Positions 18,304-27,044 of a stretch of 64,000 nt of DNA are shown here, in pieces (the stretch's first letter is position 1; the number at the start of each line of letters is the position of its first letter). The position numbers and the translations under genes were made by a program. Under the pieces are notes generated by a model that searched no databases, was not told where the DNA came from, and saw nothing but the letters and a program-made list of their open reading frames with translations. The stretch comes from Poseidonia sp. (GTDB lineage Archaea; Thermoplasmatota; Poseidoniia; Poseidoniales; Poseidoniaceae): contig JAURDW010000002.1 in NCBI GenBank assembly GCA_030827745.1, positions 1,383 to 65,382 on the forward strand, in the 5' to 3' direction.

Positions 18304-18921
18304 AGGTGTACGTGGTGAACGCCAGGGCGATGCTTCGGCGTCCAAGAGATGTTCTTCTTCCTGCGAGAACGAGGGCCGTTTGAAAGGGGCAACCTCCTTT
18401 GGTTGGCGGTCCGCCGGGGGTGTTCGTGCGGCGATAAAGGCTCGAATACCTTGCTCTGCGAAGGCCAGAACGACCAACAAGACGCTCAACACCGCGTGGC
18501 CCTGGATGCGGATGGCGTCAAAGGGTTCCAACATCAGCACCTGTTCCACATCCACGCCCTGTTCCACCTCGGTGACCACCGTGTACGTTCCCGGCGCCAA
18601 GGTACCTTCCCACACCGGAGGCGTGTCCGTCAGAAATCCCGACCAAGTGTGCACAACCGAGGCGTTGTCTTTTTTGATGGCGAAACTGACGTTGGCCTGT
18701 TCGAGGCTGGTGCTGGTAAACTCGGCTGAAAAGGTGGCTGGGAGGGCGTTTTCTGAGCCGAAGACCGAAGCCACCGTCACCGTGCGAAAGGGTTCAAAGC
18801 GGTCCAACCCGTTCACTTCGTTGGGTGCTTGTTGCCGAGACACGTTGCTCCAAAGAGCATTGATGAGCACCAGGGCGACCACCCACAGCACGGGGTTGAC
18901 CCATCCACGTGCCGAAGGCAT
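18283..18921 (-). CDS. Hypothetical bitopic membrane protein (N-terminal TM, exported beta-rich domain, second TM, acidic tail)
   Basis: WVNPVLWVVALVLINALW and AVLSVLLVVLAFA hydrophobic segments. No recognisable motif. Convergent 21-nt overlap with polC. Confidence 0.5.
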   Translation of the reverse strand: MPSARGWVNPVLWVVALVLINALWSNVSRQQAPNEVNGLDRFEPFRTVTVASVFGSENALPATFSAEFTSTSLEQANVSFAIKKDNASVVHTWSGFLTDTPPVWEGTLAPGTYTVVTEVEQGVDVEQVLMLEPFDAIRIQGHAVLSVLLVVLAFAEQGIRAFIAARTPPADRQPKEVAPFKRPSFSQEEEHLLDAEASPWRSPRTPLEEIGK

Positions 18922-18945
18922 GGTGTCTGTCTTGACTCCAACTTC

Positions 18946-19710
18946 TTATGCCTGTGTTTCGTTTTCCTTCTGATTTCCATGTTCTGAAACCTTTTCGCGC
19001 CACGCAGGCGAAAGCATATCCAACACTTTCGCCATCCAGCGCAATTTTTCCAATTTCCGCTCGGGGTTCGTGACTCCCGACCATGGGCCAACCCGTTCGG
19101 TGGAAAAGCCAAGGTAGACCACGTTGCTGTTCTCAACGCCCAGCCAACGCACCAGACATGCCGCTCGGTCGCCGTCGGTAAAACCGCCAGGGTTCACCAT
19201 GCCTTCGAGAGGGTTCCGGCTTTGGTGGGTCAAGACCATCCGAGGCGGCGTTGAGGTCCAATGGGCAAGCAACCTTTCCCACGTGGTACGGTTATCGCCA
19301 TGGGCATGGACCACCAGGGGAACGCCCGCCTCCACGGCTGCCGCCAAGTGCTCACCTCCGTCAAGGTCGGTGACAACACAAACCGGTGTAACGAGGCCTA
19401 AGCAGGCCCCAACTGCCCCGTCAGCCGCAACAAAAACGGTGCCATCTGGCCACGAGCGTGCCACCTCTTCGCGCAGCGCCGCCGCCCCAACCAGCACCAC
19501 CAACTTCGCCGTAGTGACGAGGTCTTTGAGGTGCGTCAGGGTGGCAAAGCGAGCCTTCCGAGACCAAGCGAAGGCCTCAGCATCAGGGTGCGCTTCGCAG
19601 GCATCGCGAAGGTCCACCGCACTCCGTGCATCGTGCTCATGCTCCCAGCCAAAATGGCGACGCACCTCGTCTTGAATGCCGACGAGGTCGTCATGAAGCT
19701 GACCATCCAT
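18946..19710 (-). CDS. mptE: 6-hydroxymethylpterin diphosphokinase MptE-like (DUF115)
   Basis: VVTDLDGG...VVHAHGDN...GFTDGDRA motif series, typical of the MptE/DUF115 family. Confidence 0.7.
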   Translation of the reverse strand: MDGQLHDDLVGIQDEVRRHFGWEHEHDARSAVDLRDACEAHPDAEAFAWSRKARFATLTHLKDLVTTAKLVVLVGAAALREEVARSWPDGTVFVAADGAVGACLGLVTPVCVVTDLDGGEHLAAAVEAGVPLVVHAHGDNRTTWERLLAHWTSTPPRMVLTHQSRNPLEGMVNPGGFTDGDRAACLVRWLGVENSNVVYLGFSTERVGPWSGVTNPERKLEKLRWMAKVLDMLSPAWREKVSEHGNQKENETQA

Positions 19711-19756
19711 GGGCCGCGGAGGGGCAGAGGGGCCATCAATTCAACCGACGTTGAAC

Positions 19757-19764
19757 TTCATAAT
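19757..19764 (+). promoter_or_regulatory. Candidate TATA element for priL (leaderless geometry), preceded by the inverted repeat TTCAAC-cgac-GTTGAA (19740..19755)
   Basis: TTCATAAT is centred about 25 nt upstream of ATG 19786. A perfect 6-bp inverted repeat lies immediately upstream. Confidence 0.4.
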
Positions 19765-19785
19765 CCGTGGCGTTCAAGCACCATC

Positions 19786-21006
19786 ATGCCCGTCCCCACC
19801 TCCCCCCCTGAGGTCGTGGACGAGGTGACCTTGGCCCGCTACCCCTTCTTGCCCCAGGCCACGTCGTGGATTCGAACGATGGCCGTGACGCACAACATCG
19901 ACCTCAACGAACTCCTTGACGGCCCTTGGATGGAAAAGGCACGCCAACGTGCCCGCATTCGACTGATTGACTCGGTCCAATCCAAAGACGGGGTTCAGGT
20001 GATCGGCGGAGACATTCACACCGAAGAGGGACGGTTGGTTGAAGCCTTTTCCTTCTATTACGCTCGCTTGGTCATGTGTGCAAGCGAGGATGAACGGCTC
20101 ATTGCTCGCTGGGCGCAGGCCGAGGCAGCACGGGCTGAACAATTGTTGATTCAGGACAGCGTGAACCTCGAAACCATCGCCCGAACGTACGTTACTGAAA
20201 TCGAACCGGTTTCGGATTTAACGACGGGCGTCCGGGCCTCCTCGTCAATGGGGATGCGGGAATTACGGCAACAACGCTCAACCGTATGGAGAATTGGGCT
20301 TGCGGATTTTGTGGAAATTTGCCCACGCATCACCGGTCAGCGGTGGCGTTTGCCCAACGTTGATGTCGAAGCGGGGTGGGTCAAGCTTCACGATGAGCGC
20401 CAATACGCTTCTTCGGCAAAGCTCGCTCGGCTTTTGCGGGAGCGGATAAAATCCGGGATTGAGGCGGATGCCTTGGAGAAAATGTCCGAAGTCACGACGG
20501 ACCTTGCTGTTCGTTTGGCGGAACCGTTGGGCATGGTTCGAAATCTGATGGCGAACAAAGCCAGCGAAGCCATCGCCTTGGTCGGCGCAGAGGAAAGCGA
20601 TTGGCCACCCTGCATGCAAAAGATCATCGCCGATTTGTCCAGTGGCGTGAACGTGAACCATTTTGGCCGCCTGTTCTTGGCGTCGATGGCCGCAACCCTC
20701 GCGCTTCCTCAGGAAGCCTGTGTGGGCTTCTTCAGAGGTGCGCCGGACTTCAGCGAGGCAACGACTTCGTATCAGGTGCAGCACGTCTACCAGCACGAGT
20801 ACACGCCCGCAGGGTGCGGGAAATTGAAGGTGAACCACAATTGCCCCGTCCTTCCCGGTGACAACCGTACGTGCGACCAATCTTGGATGGATCACCCGCT
20901 GAAATACATCCGCGCCACCCAACGCTGGCGCCGCTTGACGGCTCCAGCAGAACCAAAGCCAACGGACTCAGCACCTGACGAAACCCCCTCTCCATCACCC
21001 CCTTAA
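19786..21006 (+). CDS. priL: DNA primase large subunit PriL
   Basis: C-terminal Fe-S Cys set (WPPCMQKII ... GCGKLKVNHNCPVLPGDNRTCD). The upstream 85 codons of the track ORF are antisense to mptE; ATG at 19786. Confidence 0.85.
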   Translation: MPVPTSPPEVVDEVTLARYPFLPQATSWIRTMAVTHNIDLNELLDGPWMEKARQRARIRLIDSVQSKDGVQVIGGDIHTEEGRLVEAFSFYYARLVMCASEDERLIARWAQAEAARAEQLLIQDSVNLETIARTYVTEIEPVSDLTTGVRASSSMGMRELRQQRSTVWRIGLADFVEICPRITGQRWRLPNVDVEAGWVKLHDERQYASSAKLARLLRERIKSGIEADALEKMSEVTTDLAVRLAEPLGMVRNLMANKASEAIALVGAEESDWPPCMQKIIADLSSGVNVNHFGRLFLASMAATLALPQEACVGFFRGAPDFSEATTSYQVQHVYQHEYTPAGCGKLKVNHNCPVLPGDNRTCDQSWMDHPLKYIRATQRWRRLTAPAEPKPTDSAPDETPSPSPP

Positions 21007-21045
21007 CGGGCATGGTGCTAAGAATCGGAGGGGAAGTGCACCATC

Positions 21046-22668
21046 ATGGTGGGGTCGCCACGCCGTTCGCTTTCTGAAACGGTGAAAAGGGTGTCCTACC
21101 GGTTCTTTCGTGCCTTCTTCCGGTTCCTGACGAGCATCTGGTTTCGGGAAGTGAACGTCGTTGACGATGAATTTCTTGACGACGAGGCCGGCGTTCTGTT
21201 CATTTCCTGGCATCCAAACGGCTTGATCGACCCGATGTTGATGACGGCCAAGTTACCCCAGCGCGTCACCACGCTGGTCAGTCACCGTTTGTTCAAAATT
21301 CCTTTCATCAGCCTCCCGTTTCGTGCTGCGGGGGTCGTCCCGTTGACCGCTGCCGGTGCACCGTTCAGCCGTCGTTCGTCTTCTGCAACTTCCTCCGCCG
21401 TTCTTTCTTCAACGGGGAAACATTTGGCGCGCGGTGGCTGCGTCTTGATGTTTCCCGAGGAGCAAACCCACGCCGAAGCGACGGTGCAATCCGTCCGTTC
21501 AGGAGCCGCCCGGCTTTTCCTTGCAGCTCTTCGTGTGGCGCAAGAACAAGGTCACCCCCCTCCGCGATTGGTACCTGTTGGGTTGCATTATTCGAATTCC
21601 AGTCGTTTTCGCGAACGCGCTGCCATCGTGCTCGAGCGCAGCATGACGCCCCCCGACCCACCTCCCAAAGGGGATGAGGTCGCCGAAAAGGCATGGGTCA
21701 ACAACCTGACTTCTGCCATTGGCGTGGAGCTCCAACGGGCCAATTTAGCGAAATCGTCCTGGAGAGAACGGACATTGATTTGGAAAGCCCGGAGCGTCGT
21801 CGAAGCAGAAAAGCGACGTCAATCGGGCGAAGACCCTCACCCTTCCTCCTACGCTGAGGCGGTTCTTGGCGCACGTCGTCTACGTGCGGGGTGGGAATAC
21901 ATGGCTGAGCACGACGCTGAAGCGGCCGATGAGTTGGTGAACGATTGCGAGTCCCACTTTGACGAATTGGACCGTCGCCATTTGAGGCCACACGATGTAG
22001 ATGCTCGCCCTGACCGGTTGACGTTGAGCCAATTCGCTCGCTTGGTTGGGTCGTGGATTTGGGCGGTGGTCTGGATGTTTGGGCTGGTCACGTGGGGAGC
22101 CATCCTTGGGAATTACCTGCCGTACAAATTCCAAAGCCTTCTCGAAAAAATCACGCGTCGTGCTGAAGTGGACGATTCGTTGCAAGGCAGCATCAAAGTG
22201 CTCTCCTCGGTGCTTGTTTTCCCGCTGTGGTGGTTGTCGCTCACGATTGGACTTGTTTGGGTTCTTCTCGACCCCAACAGCCCGGTCTCCATGGCGATGG
22301 CCTCGCACCAAGCGCTCCAATACGTCACGATGTTGCCACCCTTGGGGGCCTTTGTCTTCTTCATGCTGTTTTGGCCGTTCACCGCCCGCGCTCACATGAA
22401 ACTGTACGCTCGCTTTGTTCGCTCCTCTCGTCGCCTGCGGCAATGGCGGGACTGGCAAGATGCCGACCACCAATGGGAGCGGTTGTCCACGACCCAACAT
22501 CGTCTCGCTGAACGTCTGGTCGGTTTGGGGGCTGGGATGGTGCTTCCGGGTGACCCGGATTGGGTCGACCCGCTTCCAGGACAAGACGACGCCTCTGCTG
22601 TCCGTCTTCGCCACCCCCTGAGCGCCTCAGCCCCGACAAGCGCGATATCCGCCCAAGGGTTTGAATGA
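21046..22668 (+). CDS. Glycerol-3-phosphate / lysophospholipid acyltransferase (PlsC superfamily, GPT2/SCT1-like) with a C-terminal multi-TM domain
   Basis: Motif I FISWHPNGLIDPMLM (compare yeast PHANQFIDPALV), FPEEQTHAE, and VPVGLHY. The C-terminal half has about 4 hydrophobic helices. Confidence 0.75.
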   Translation: MVGSPRRSLSETVKRVSYRFFRAFFRFLTSIWFREVNVVDDEFLDDEAGVLFISWHPNGLIDPMLMTAKLPQRVTTLVSHRLFKIPFISLPFRAAGVVPLTAAGAPFSRRSSSATSSAVLSSTGKHLARGGCVLMFPEEQTHAEATVQSVRSGAARLFLAALRVAQEQGHPPPRLVPVGLHYSNSSRFRERAAIVLERSMTPPDPPPKGDEVAEKAWVNNLTSAIGVELQRANLAKSSWRERTLIWKARSVVEAEKRRQSGEDPHPSSYAEAVLGARRLRAGWEYMAEHDAEAADELVNDCESHFDELDRRHLRPHDVDARPDRLTLSQFARLVGSWIWAVVWMFGLVTWGAILGNYLPYKFQSLLEKITRRAEVDDSLQGSIKVLSSVLVFPLWWLSLTIGLVWVLLDPNSPVSMAMASHQALQYVTMLPPLGAFVFFMLFWPFTARAHMKLYARFVRSSRRLRQWRDWQDADHQWERLSTTQHRLAERLVGLGAGMVLPGDPDWVDPLPGQDDASAVRLRHPLSASAPTSAISAQGFE

Positions 22669-22703
22669 AAGGAGGTCCGTGGCCTCACCAAGGGGGCGAT
22701 AGC

Positions 22704-23825
22704 ATGACACGAACGTTGGTGATTACCGTTGACCGGGACAACGATCTCGGCATCAAAACCTCCATTCGAGGTCCCGTGGTCGGCCGCCGAAATGTTCTGA
22801 CCGCTGCGCTCAAACTTGGCATTGCCGACCCTGAGGAGAGCGACACGAACGCCATCCTTGGTGCGTTGGCTCAAAACGATGCCATCGTGGAAACAAAGGG
22901 CGAAGAAGACGAAGTTGAAATCACCATTCTCACGGGCGACGAAAAGGTTGGTGTGCGCTCCGACCGTGCCATTGCAGCCCAACTTGAAGAGGTCGTCTCG
23001 GCCTTTCAGCCCGACCAAGCCATCCTCGTGACAGACGGTGCGGAGGACGAGAGCGTCCTCCCTATCATCACCTCCCAGGTGCGTATTGACCACATCGAAA
23101 GGGTGACGGTTCGTCAATCCAAAGGCATCGAAGGCACGTATTACTACATCGTCAAGGCGCTTGATGACCCGAAATGGCGTTCAAAAATCATGGTGCCAGT
23201 CGGCGCCATCATGGCCATTCTCGGCCTGGGCATCATGCTCCCCAACGAGATTGGGGGTGTCGTCATTGGAGCTTTGCCGCTCGTCCTCGGGTTGTACATC
23301 TTCAGCAAGGGCGCAGGTATCGAATCCACGGTGAACCGTGTCATTCAAGAAATGCGTGAGAACGCTGACGCAGCGATGTTTTCCTCGTTGCTTTGGACGG
23401 CGACGCTTTTCAGCGCCATCTTTGCGGTTGCCGAAGGATGGCGAGCGTTTGGCTTGCTAGAAGCGACGGCCAATGCGCCCTCCGTTCTCTGGCTCAGCGT
23501 CATTCACTCTTCTCTGGCATGGACGGTCATCGCTTTCCTGACGTCAACCGCCGGCTTCATGCTTTTGCGTTTGAAGCGAGGCTCCTTTTCAGGCAGCCTC
23601 ATCGTTCTGAGCGTCTTTGGTATGGTCGTCTATTCCTTCCTCAACGCTGCGCTTGACATTGCCATTCGCGTGCTCAACGGGACGTCCTACGAATTCAGCG
23701 TTGAGATGATTCTCAACGACCTCACCACGCCGTTGATTTGGGTGGTCGCTCTTTGGATGGTCACCACCGTTGTCCGAACCCTGCAAGCAAAACAAGCCCA
23801 AGCGGACCGGTATTGGGGTATTTAA
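22704..23825 (+). CDS. DUF373-family archaeal membrane protein
   Basis: N-terminal LVITVDRDNDLGIKTSIRGPVVGR...LGIADPEESDTNAI matches the DUF373 signature as recalled. About 6 TM helices follow. Confidence 0.75.
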   Translation: MTRTLVITVDRDNDLGIKTSIRGPVVGRRNVLTAALKLGIADPEESDTNAILGALAQNDAIVETKGEEDEVEITILTGDEKVGVRSDRAIAAQLEEVVSAFQPDQAILVTDGAEDESVLPIITSQVRIDHIERVTVRQSKGIEGTYYYIVKALDDPKWRSKIMVPVGAIMAILGLGIMLPNEIGGVVIGALPLVLGLYIFSKGAGIESTVNRVIQEMRENADAAMFSSLLWTATLFSAIFAVAEGWRAFGLLEATANAPSVLWLSVIHSSLAWTVIAFLTSTAGFMLLRLKRGSFSGSLIVLSVFGMVVYSFLNAALDIAIRVLNGTSYEFSVEMILNDLTTPLIWVVALWMVTTVVRTLQAKQAQADRYWGI

Positions 23826-24290
23826 TCAGAGAACGAAGCGCGGAAGCACCCGTGCAAGCGTGTTGTGACCGACCACGCCGACAAGGGCGCCTTCGTCGTC
23901 CACAACGGCCAATTGATTGAGGTCATGGGTGAGCATCAAGGCCCCAGCTTTCAGCAAAGGGGTTCCGGTTCGAACAGTGAGGGGCGGATTGACCAGCATC
24001 TGTTGGGCGGGAACGGTGTGCATCCAAGCCACGTCACGGTTCACCGCTTTTCGGCTGACCGACTTGAGGACATCCACCGCGTGGATGCGTCCGAGTGGAA
24101 CGTCGTCCACGTCCACGATGAACACGTGGTCCCAATTGTGTTTGGTCAGGACCTCGAGCACCTTGGCCATGGAGTCGCTTGCGAGCAGGGAATGGGCGGA
24201 TTGCATGACTTCGCCACAAACGATGGCCCTGACCGCACGGGACCGCCTTTTGTTGTTCACGCTCTTTCGAAAACCGGGGCGACTGGTCAT
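23826..24290 (-). CDS. CBS-pair domain protein
   Basis: Two CBS-like units (...HVFIVDVDDVPLGRIHAVDVLK... and ...LAVVDDEGALVGVVGHNTLAR...). Confidence 0.8.
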   Translation of the reverse strand: MTSRPGFRKSVNNKRRSRAVRAIVCGEVMQSAHSLLASDSMAKVLEVLTKHNWDHVFIVDVDDVPLGRIHAVDVLKSVSRKAVNRDVAWMHTVPAQQMLVNPPLTVRTGTPLLKAGALMLTHDLNQLAVVDDEGALVGVVGHNTLARVLPRFVL

Positions 24291-24436
24291 GGTACCTCAA
24301 CCGGGGCCGACGGCCGACCTCTTTTGAACCCTTCCTTAATTCGGACTTGAGTTTCCGGATTGTGGAAAGGGCCGTTTCGACGGGAACGAAACGCCGACCC
24401 TCAACTAAGAAAAGGAAAAGCCGACCTCGCCGATGC

Positions 24437-24874
24437 ATGAGCCCTGTTCCACCCGCGGAACTCGCCGCCCTGAAAGCCTTGAACGGCTACGACCAGATGC
24501 TCGAGATTGACCGAGTCTGCCGAGTTTACGGAATCGATGAAGCCTCGGTTCGGGCGGCCATGGCGGCTTTGACCTCCTCATCGGTAAGCGCACCCGAAGC
24601 GGCTGGGACCTCGAGCCCCACCAACGGATGGGACACGAGCCACAAGGAGGTGCCAGGGCTTCAAGCCGCTTCGGGGCCATCCGCCCCGAACGTTGTCGAC
24701 AAGAGCCAATTTCGATTTGAATACGACCCGACGCGGGAAGCCGCCGAACGCCGAGACAGCGTGAACCAGGCCATTCTTTGTTCGGGGTGTGGGGTGGCTT
24801 TGGGCATACCAGATGTCCGTCCGATCAAGGTGACGTGCCCTTCCTGTCTGTTTGAGACCACGTACACGCATTGA
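24437..24874 (+). CDS. Hypothetical protein with a C-terminal C4 zinc ribbon
   Basis: CSGCG...(17 aa)...CPSC at the C-terminus. ATG at 24437 follows an Arg/Lys-rich junk leader in the track ORF. Confidence 0.45.
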   Translation: MSPVPPAELAALKALNGYDQMLEIDRVCRVYGIDEASVRAAMAALTSSSVSAPEAAGTSSPTNGWDTSHKEVPGLQAASGPSAPNVVDKSQFRFEYDPTREAAERRDSVNQAILCSGCGVALGIPDVRPIKVTCPSCLFETTYTH

Positions 24875-24910
24875 GGCAACTTGATGAACACACGGTGTTG
24901 ACCAACCTGC

Positions 24911-25726
24911 ATGGAAGGCATCTCGCCGCGTCTGTGGCCCTATGCGGCCAACAATTCTCCACTCCCCCTCCCTAGCCAAGCGGTGCTGTTCACGCCCTCG
25001 TCGGTCGTCAACCTCGATTTTGGAGGAGAACGTACGCCCGATGCTGAACCATTGAACTCATCCGCGGTCATCGACTACGCTCGGGGTTACGAAGCGAACG
25101 GGCGTCTCTTGGACGATGTCTTGGTGTCGTGTGGAGCCGAGCCGCTTGAACATCGTCGTCCAATTTTGCTTCAAGGGGAGTTGGCCAATCCGTACCGCCT
25201 TCAAGAAATGGGCATGACGGCTATGCCGTTGCTTCCCGTCCGGCTTGAAGACCTCTGCAGAACATGGGCGGACGGTCTTGACCCTCGTGACGACTACCCC
25301 GGCATTCACCACGTTACGCTCGCTCGGACACCGGGGTGGTGGGAAGCCTCGGTCTTGGGTCTCGCAACCAAGGAGCAATTGAAACGGATTCGCACATGGT
25401 TGGACAACGGCGTGCCCCATGTTTGGCGTCCCGTGAAGTTGGCGGAAGGGGCGGTTCGCTTTGAGCATGAAATCCTGGATGCACCGGCTCAGGGCGACGT
25501 TGAATGGGACGGCACGACCGAGCGCGTTTCAAAGGCCGCACCCCCGCCCACAGGCCCCCGCCTCTTGCTCGATGACCTGCTGGTTGTGGTTCATACCCGC
25601 CAAGGGTGTTACAACCACCGAGGGCGTCTTGCACGATGCGTCCACATGCAGCAACGGGCCTTCCACGACCAGCTCTTCCGAAAAGGTTCGTCGCACCGCT
25701 GGAACGAGGTCCTGTCGGTTCGCTAG
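24911..25726 (+). CDS. Hypothetical protein
   Basis: ORF of 271 aa with no motif I can recognise. It occupies an otherwise empty slot between neighbouring genes. Confidence 0.4.
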   Translation: MEGISPRLWPYAANNSPLPLPSQAVLFTPSSVVNLDFGGERTPDAEPLNSSAVIDYARGYEANGRLLDDVLVSCGAEPLEHRRPILLQGELANPYRLQEMGMTAMPLLPVRLEDLCRTWADGLDPRDDYPGIHHVTLARTPGWWEASVLGLATKEQLKRIRTWLDNGVPHVWRPVKLAEGAVRFEHEILDAPAQGDVEWDGTTERVSKAAPPPTGPRLLLDDLLVVVHTRQGCYNHRGRLARCVHMQQRAFHDQLFRKGSSHRWNEVLSVR

Positions 25727-26748
25727 CGGCCACGGACGAAATGCTCAACGCGCTCCTCGCCCCAGACGGTCTCATCAGCAAGGCGCAACCCTGCCTTTGA
25801 GAGCACCGAATGGTCGAGGTTTGAGGGCACGGGTTGGCGGTGCACAGCCTCGCTGTGAACCAGAAACAACTCGTCGACCAAGTGTTCGTCCAGAAACCGA
25901 TGGACGGTGGAGGGCCCGCCTTCAACGAGCACCCTCTGGATGTTTTGGTCGCCCAGTTGATTGAGCAACGACGTTAGATTCGTGAAATCGGACTGCACCA
26001 ACATCACGCCTTCAGCGTCTTTGAGCAAGGTGGCTTGGGGGTTAACCCTGCCATTCGGGTCAAGAACCACCCGCAAGGGTTGGCGTGATGTTGGAACCAT
26101 GCGCACCGTCAGCAACGGGTCGTCTCGATTCACCGTTTCAACACCGACCAGCACAGCATCGCAATCCCGTCGCAATTCGTGAACCTTCTCAAGGCACCCC
26201 ATGGAGGTAAAACGTTGCGATTCAGCGGCTCGGTCGTCCACCGAACCGTTGGCATCCAAGGCAAGCTTCACCGTGACAAGCGGCCGGCGGTGTTCACACC
26301 AATGCAGAAAAGCCCGCATTTGCTCGCGCGCTTCGCTTTCCATCAGCCCCGTTCGGGTTGGAATGCCGGCTTGGTTGAGCACGCTGCAACCGTTCCCGCG
26401 AACCGTGGGGTTGGGGTCTGCGTGAGCCACGACCACTTCGTTGACACCGGCCCACATCAGGGCCTCCGTGCAGGGCGGTGTCCGTCCAAAATGGTTGCAG
26501 GGTTCGAGCGTCACGTAGGCTGTTGCGCCGTTGGGGGAATTGCCTTTCTCTTCAGCATCGTGAATGGCCATTTGTTCTGCATGCAAACCACCGAGGTGAT
26601 CGTGCCATCCTTCGGCAATGATGGTGCCGTTTTTCACCAGCACACATCCCACAAGAGGGTTTGGGCTGACCTTGCCCCTTCCACGTTCTGCGACGAGCAA
26701 AGCACGCTCCATGAAACCATGGTCTGCTCCGCTCCACGCTTCGTCCAC
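25723..26748 (-). CDS. ribD: Bifunctional riboflavin biosynthesis protein RibD (pyrimidine deaminase + reductase)
   Basis: Deaminase Zn motif HAEQMAI...TLEPCNHFGRTPPC. The C-terminal reductase part includes VTVKLALDANG... and RVLVEGGPSTV. Confidence 0.9.
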   Translation of the reverse strand: MDEAWSGADHGFMERALLVAERGRGKVSPNPLVGCVLVKNGTIIAEGWHDHLGGLHAEQMAIHDAEEKGNSPNGATAYVTLEPCNHFGRTPPCTEALMWAGVNEVVVAHADPNPTVRGNGCSVLNQAGIPTRTGLMESEAREQMRAFLHWCEHRRPLVTVKLALDANGSVDDRAAESQRFTSMGCLEKVHELRRDCDAVLVGVETVNRDDPLLTVRMVPTSRQPLRVVLDPNGRVNPQATLLKDAEGVMLVQSDFTNLTSLLNQLGDQNIQRVLVEGGPSTVHRFLDEHLVDELFLVHSEAVHRQPVPSNLDHSVLSKAGLRLADETVWGEERVEHFVRGR

Positions 26749-26823
26749 GAACAGCCGAAACGGCTTGGGTTCAAGACCTCTTGGTTTGCGATGTGGTATG
26801 TTTTCGGACGGGATATACCAATC

Positions 26824-26840
26824 TTATTCATATTGAATAA
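26824..26840. promoter_or_regulatory. Perfect palindrome TTATTCA-tat-TGAATAA in the AT-rich divergent ribD / lipid-kinase intergenic region
   Basis: Read directly at 26824..26840. It lies in the only markedly AT-rich part of the ~300-bp gap between ribD (start 26748) and the kinase (start 27045). Confidence 0.3.
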
Positions 26841-27044
26841 CTCTTATGCACTTCCCATGAAGTCCTCAAATCGCCAAAGAGAAGGCTTCAAGCGCCGAAA
26901 GCCAGTCACCTGCTCATGGTCACGCACAACGAAAGGTTCCCCCCCGCCCTCGAATTTGAGCCAGACGCCTCGTTTCGGAAGAAAAAAGGCGTTCACCGTC
27001 CAAAATTCGCTCCCATCTTCACTCAGCCAGGACAACAGCGCGGC

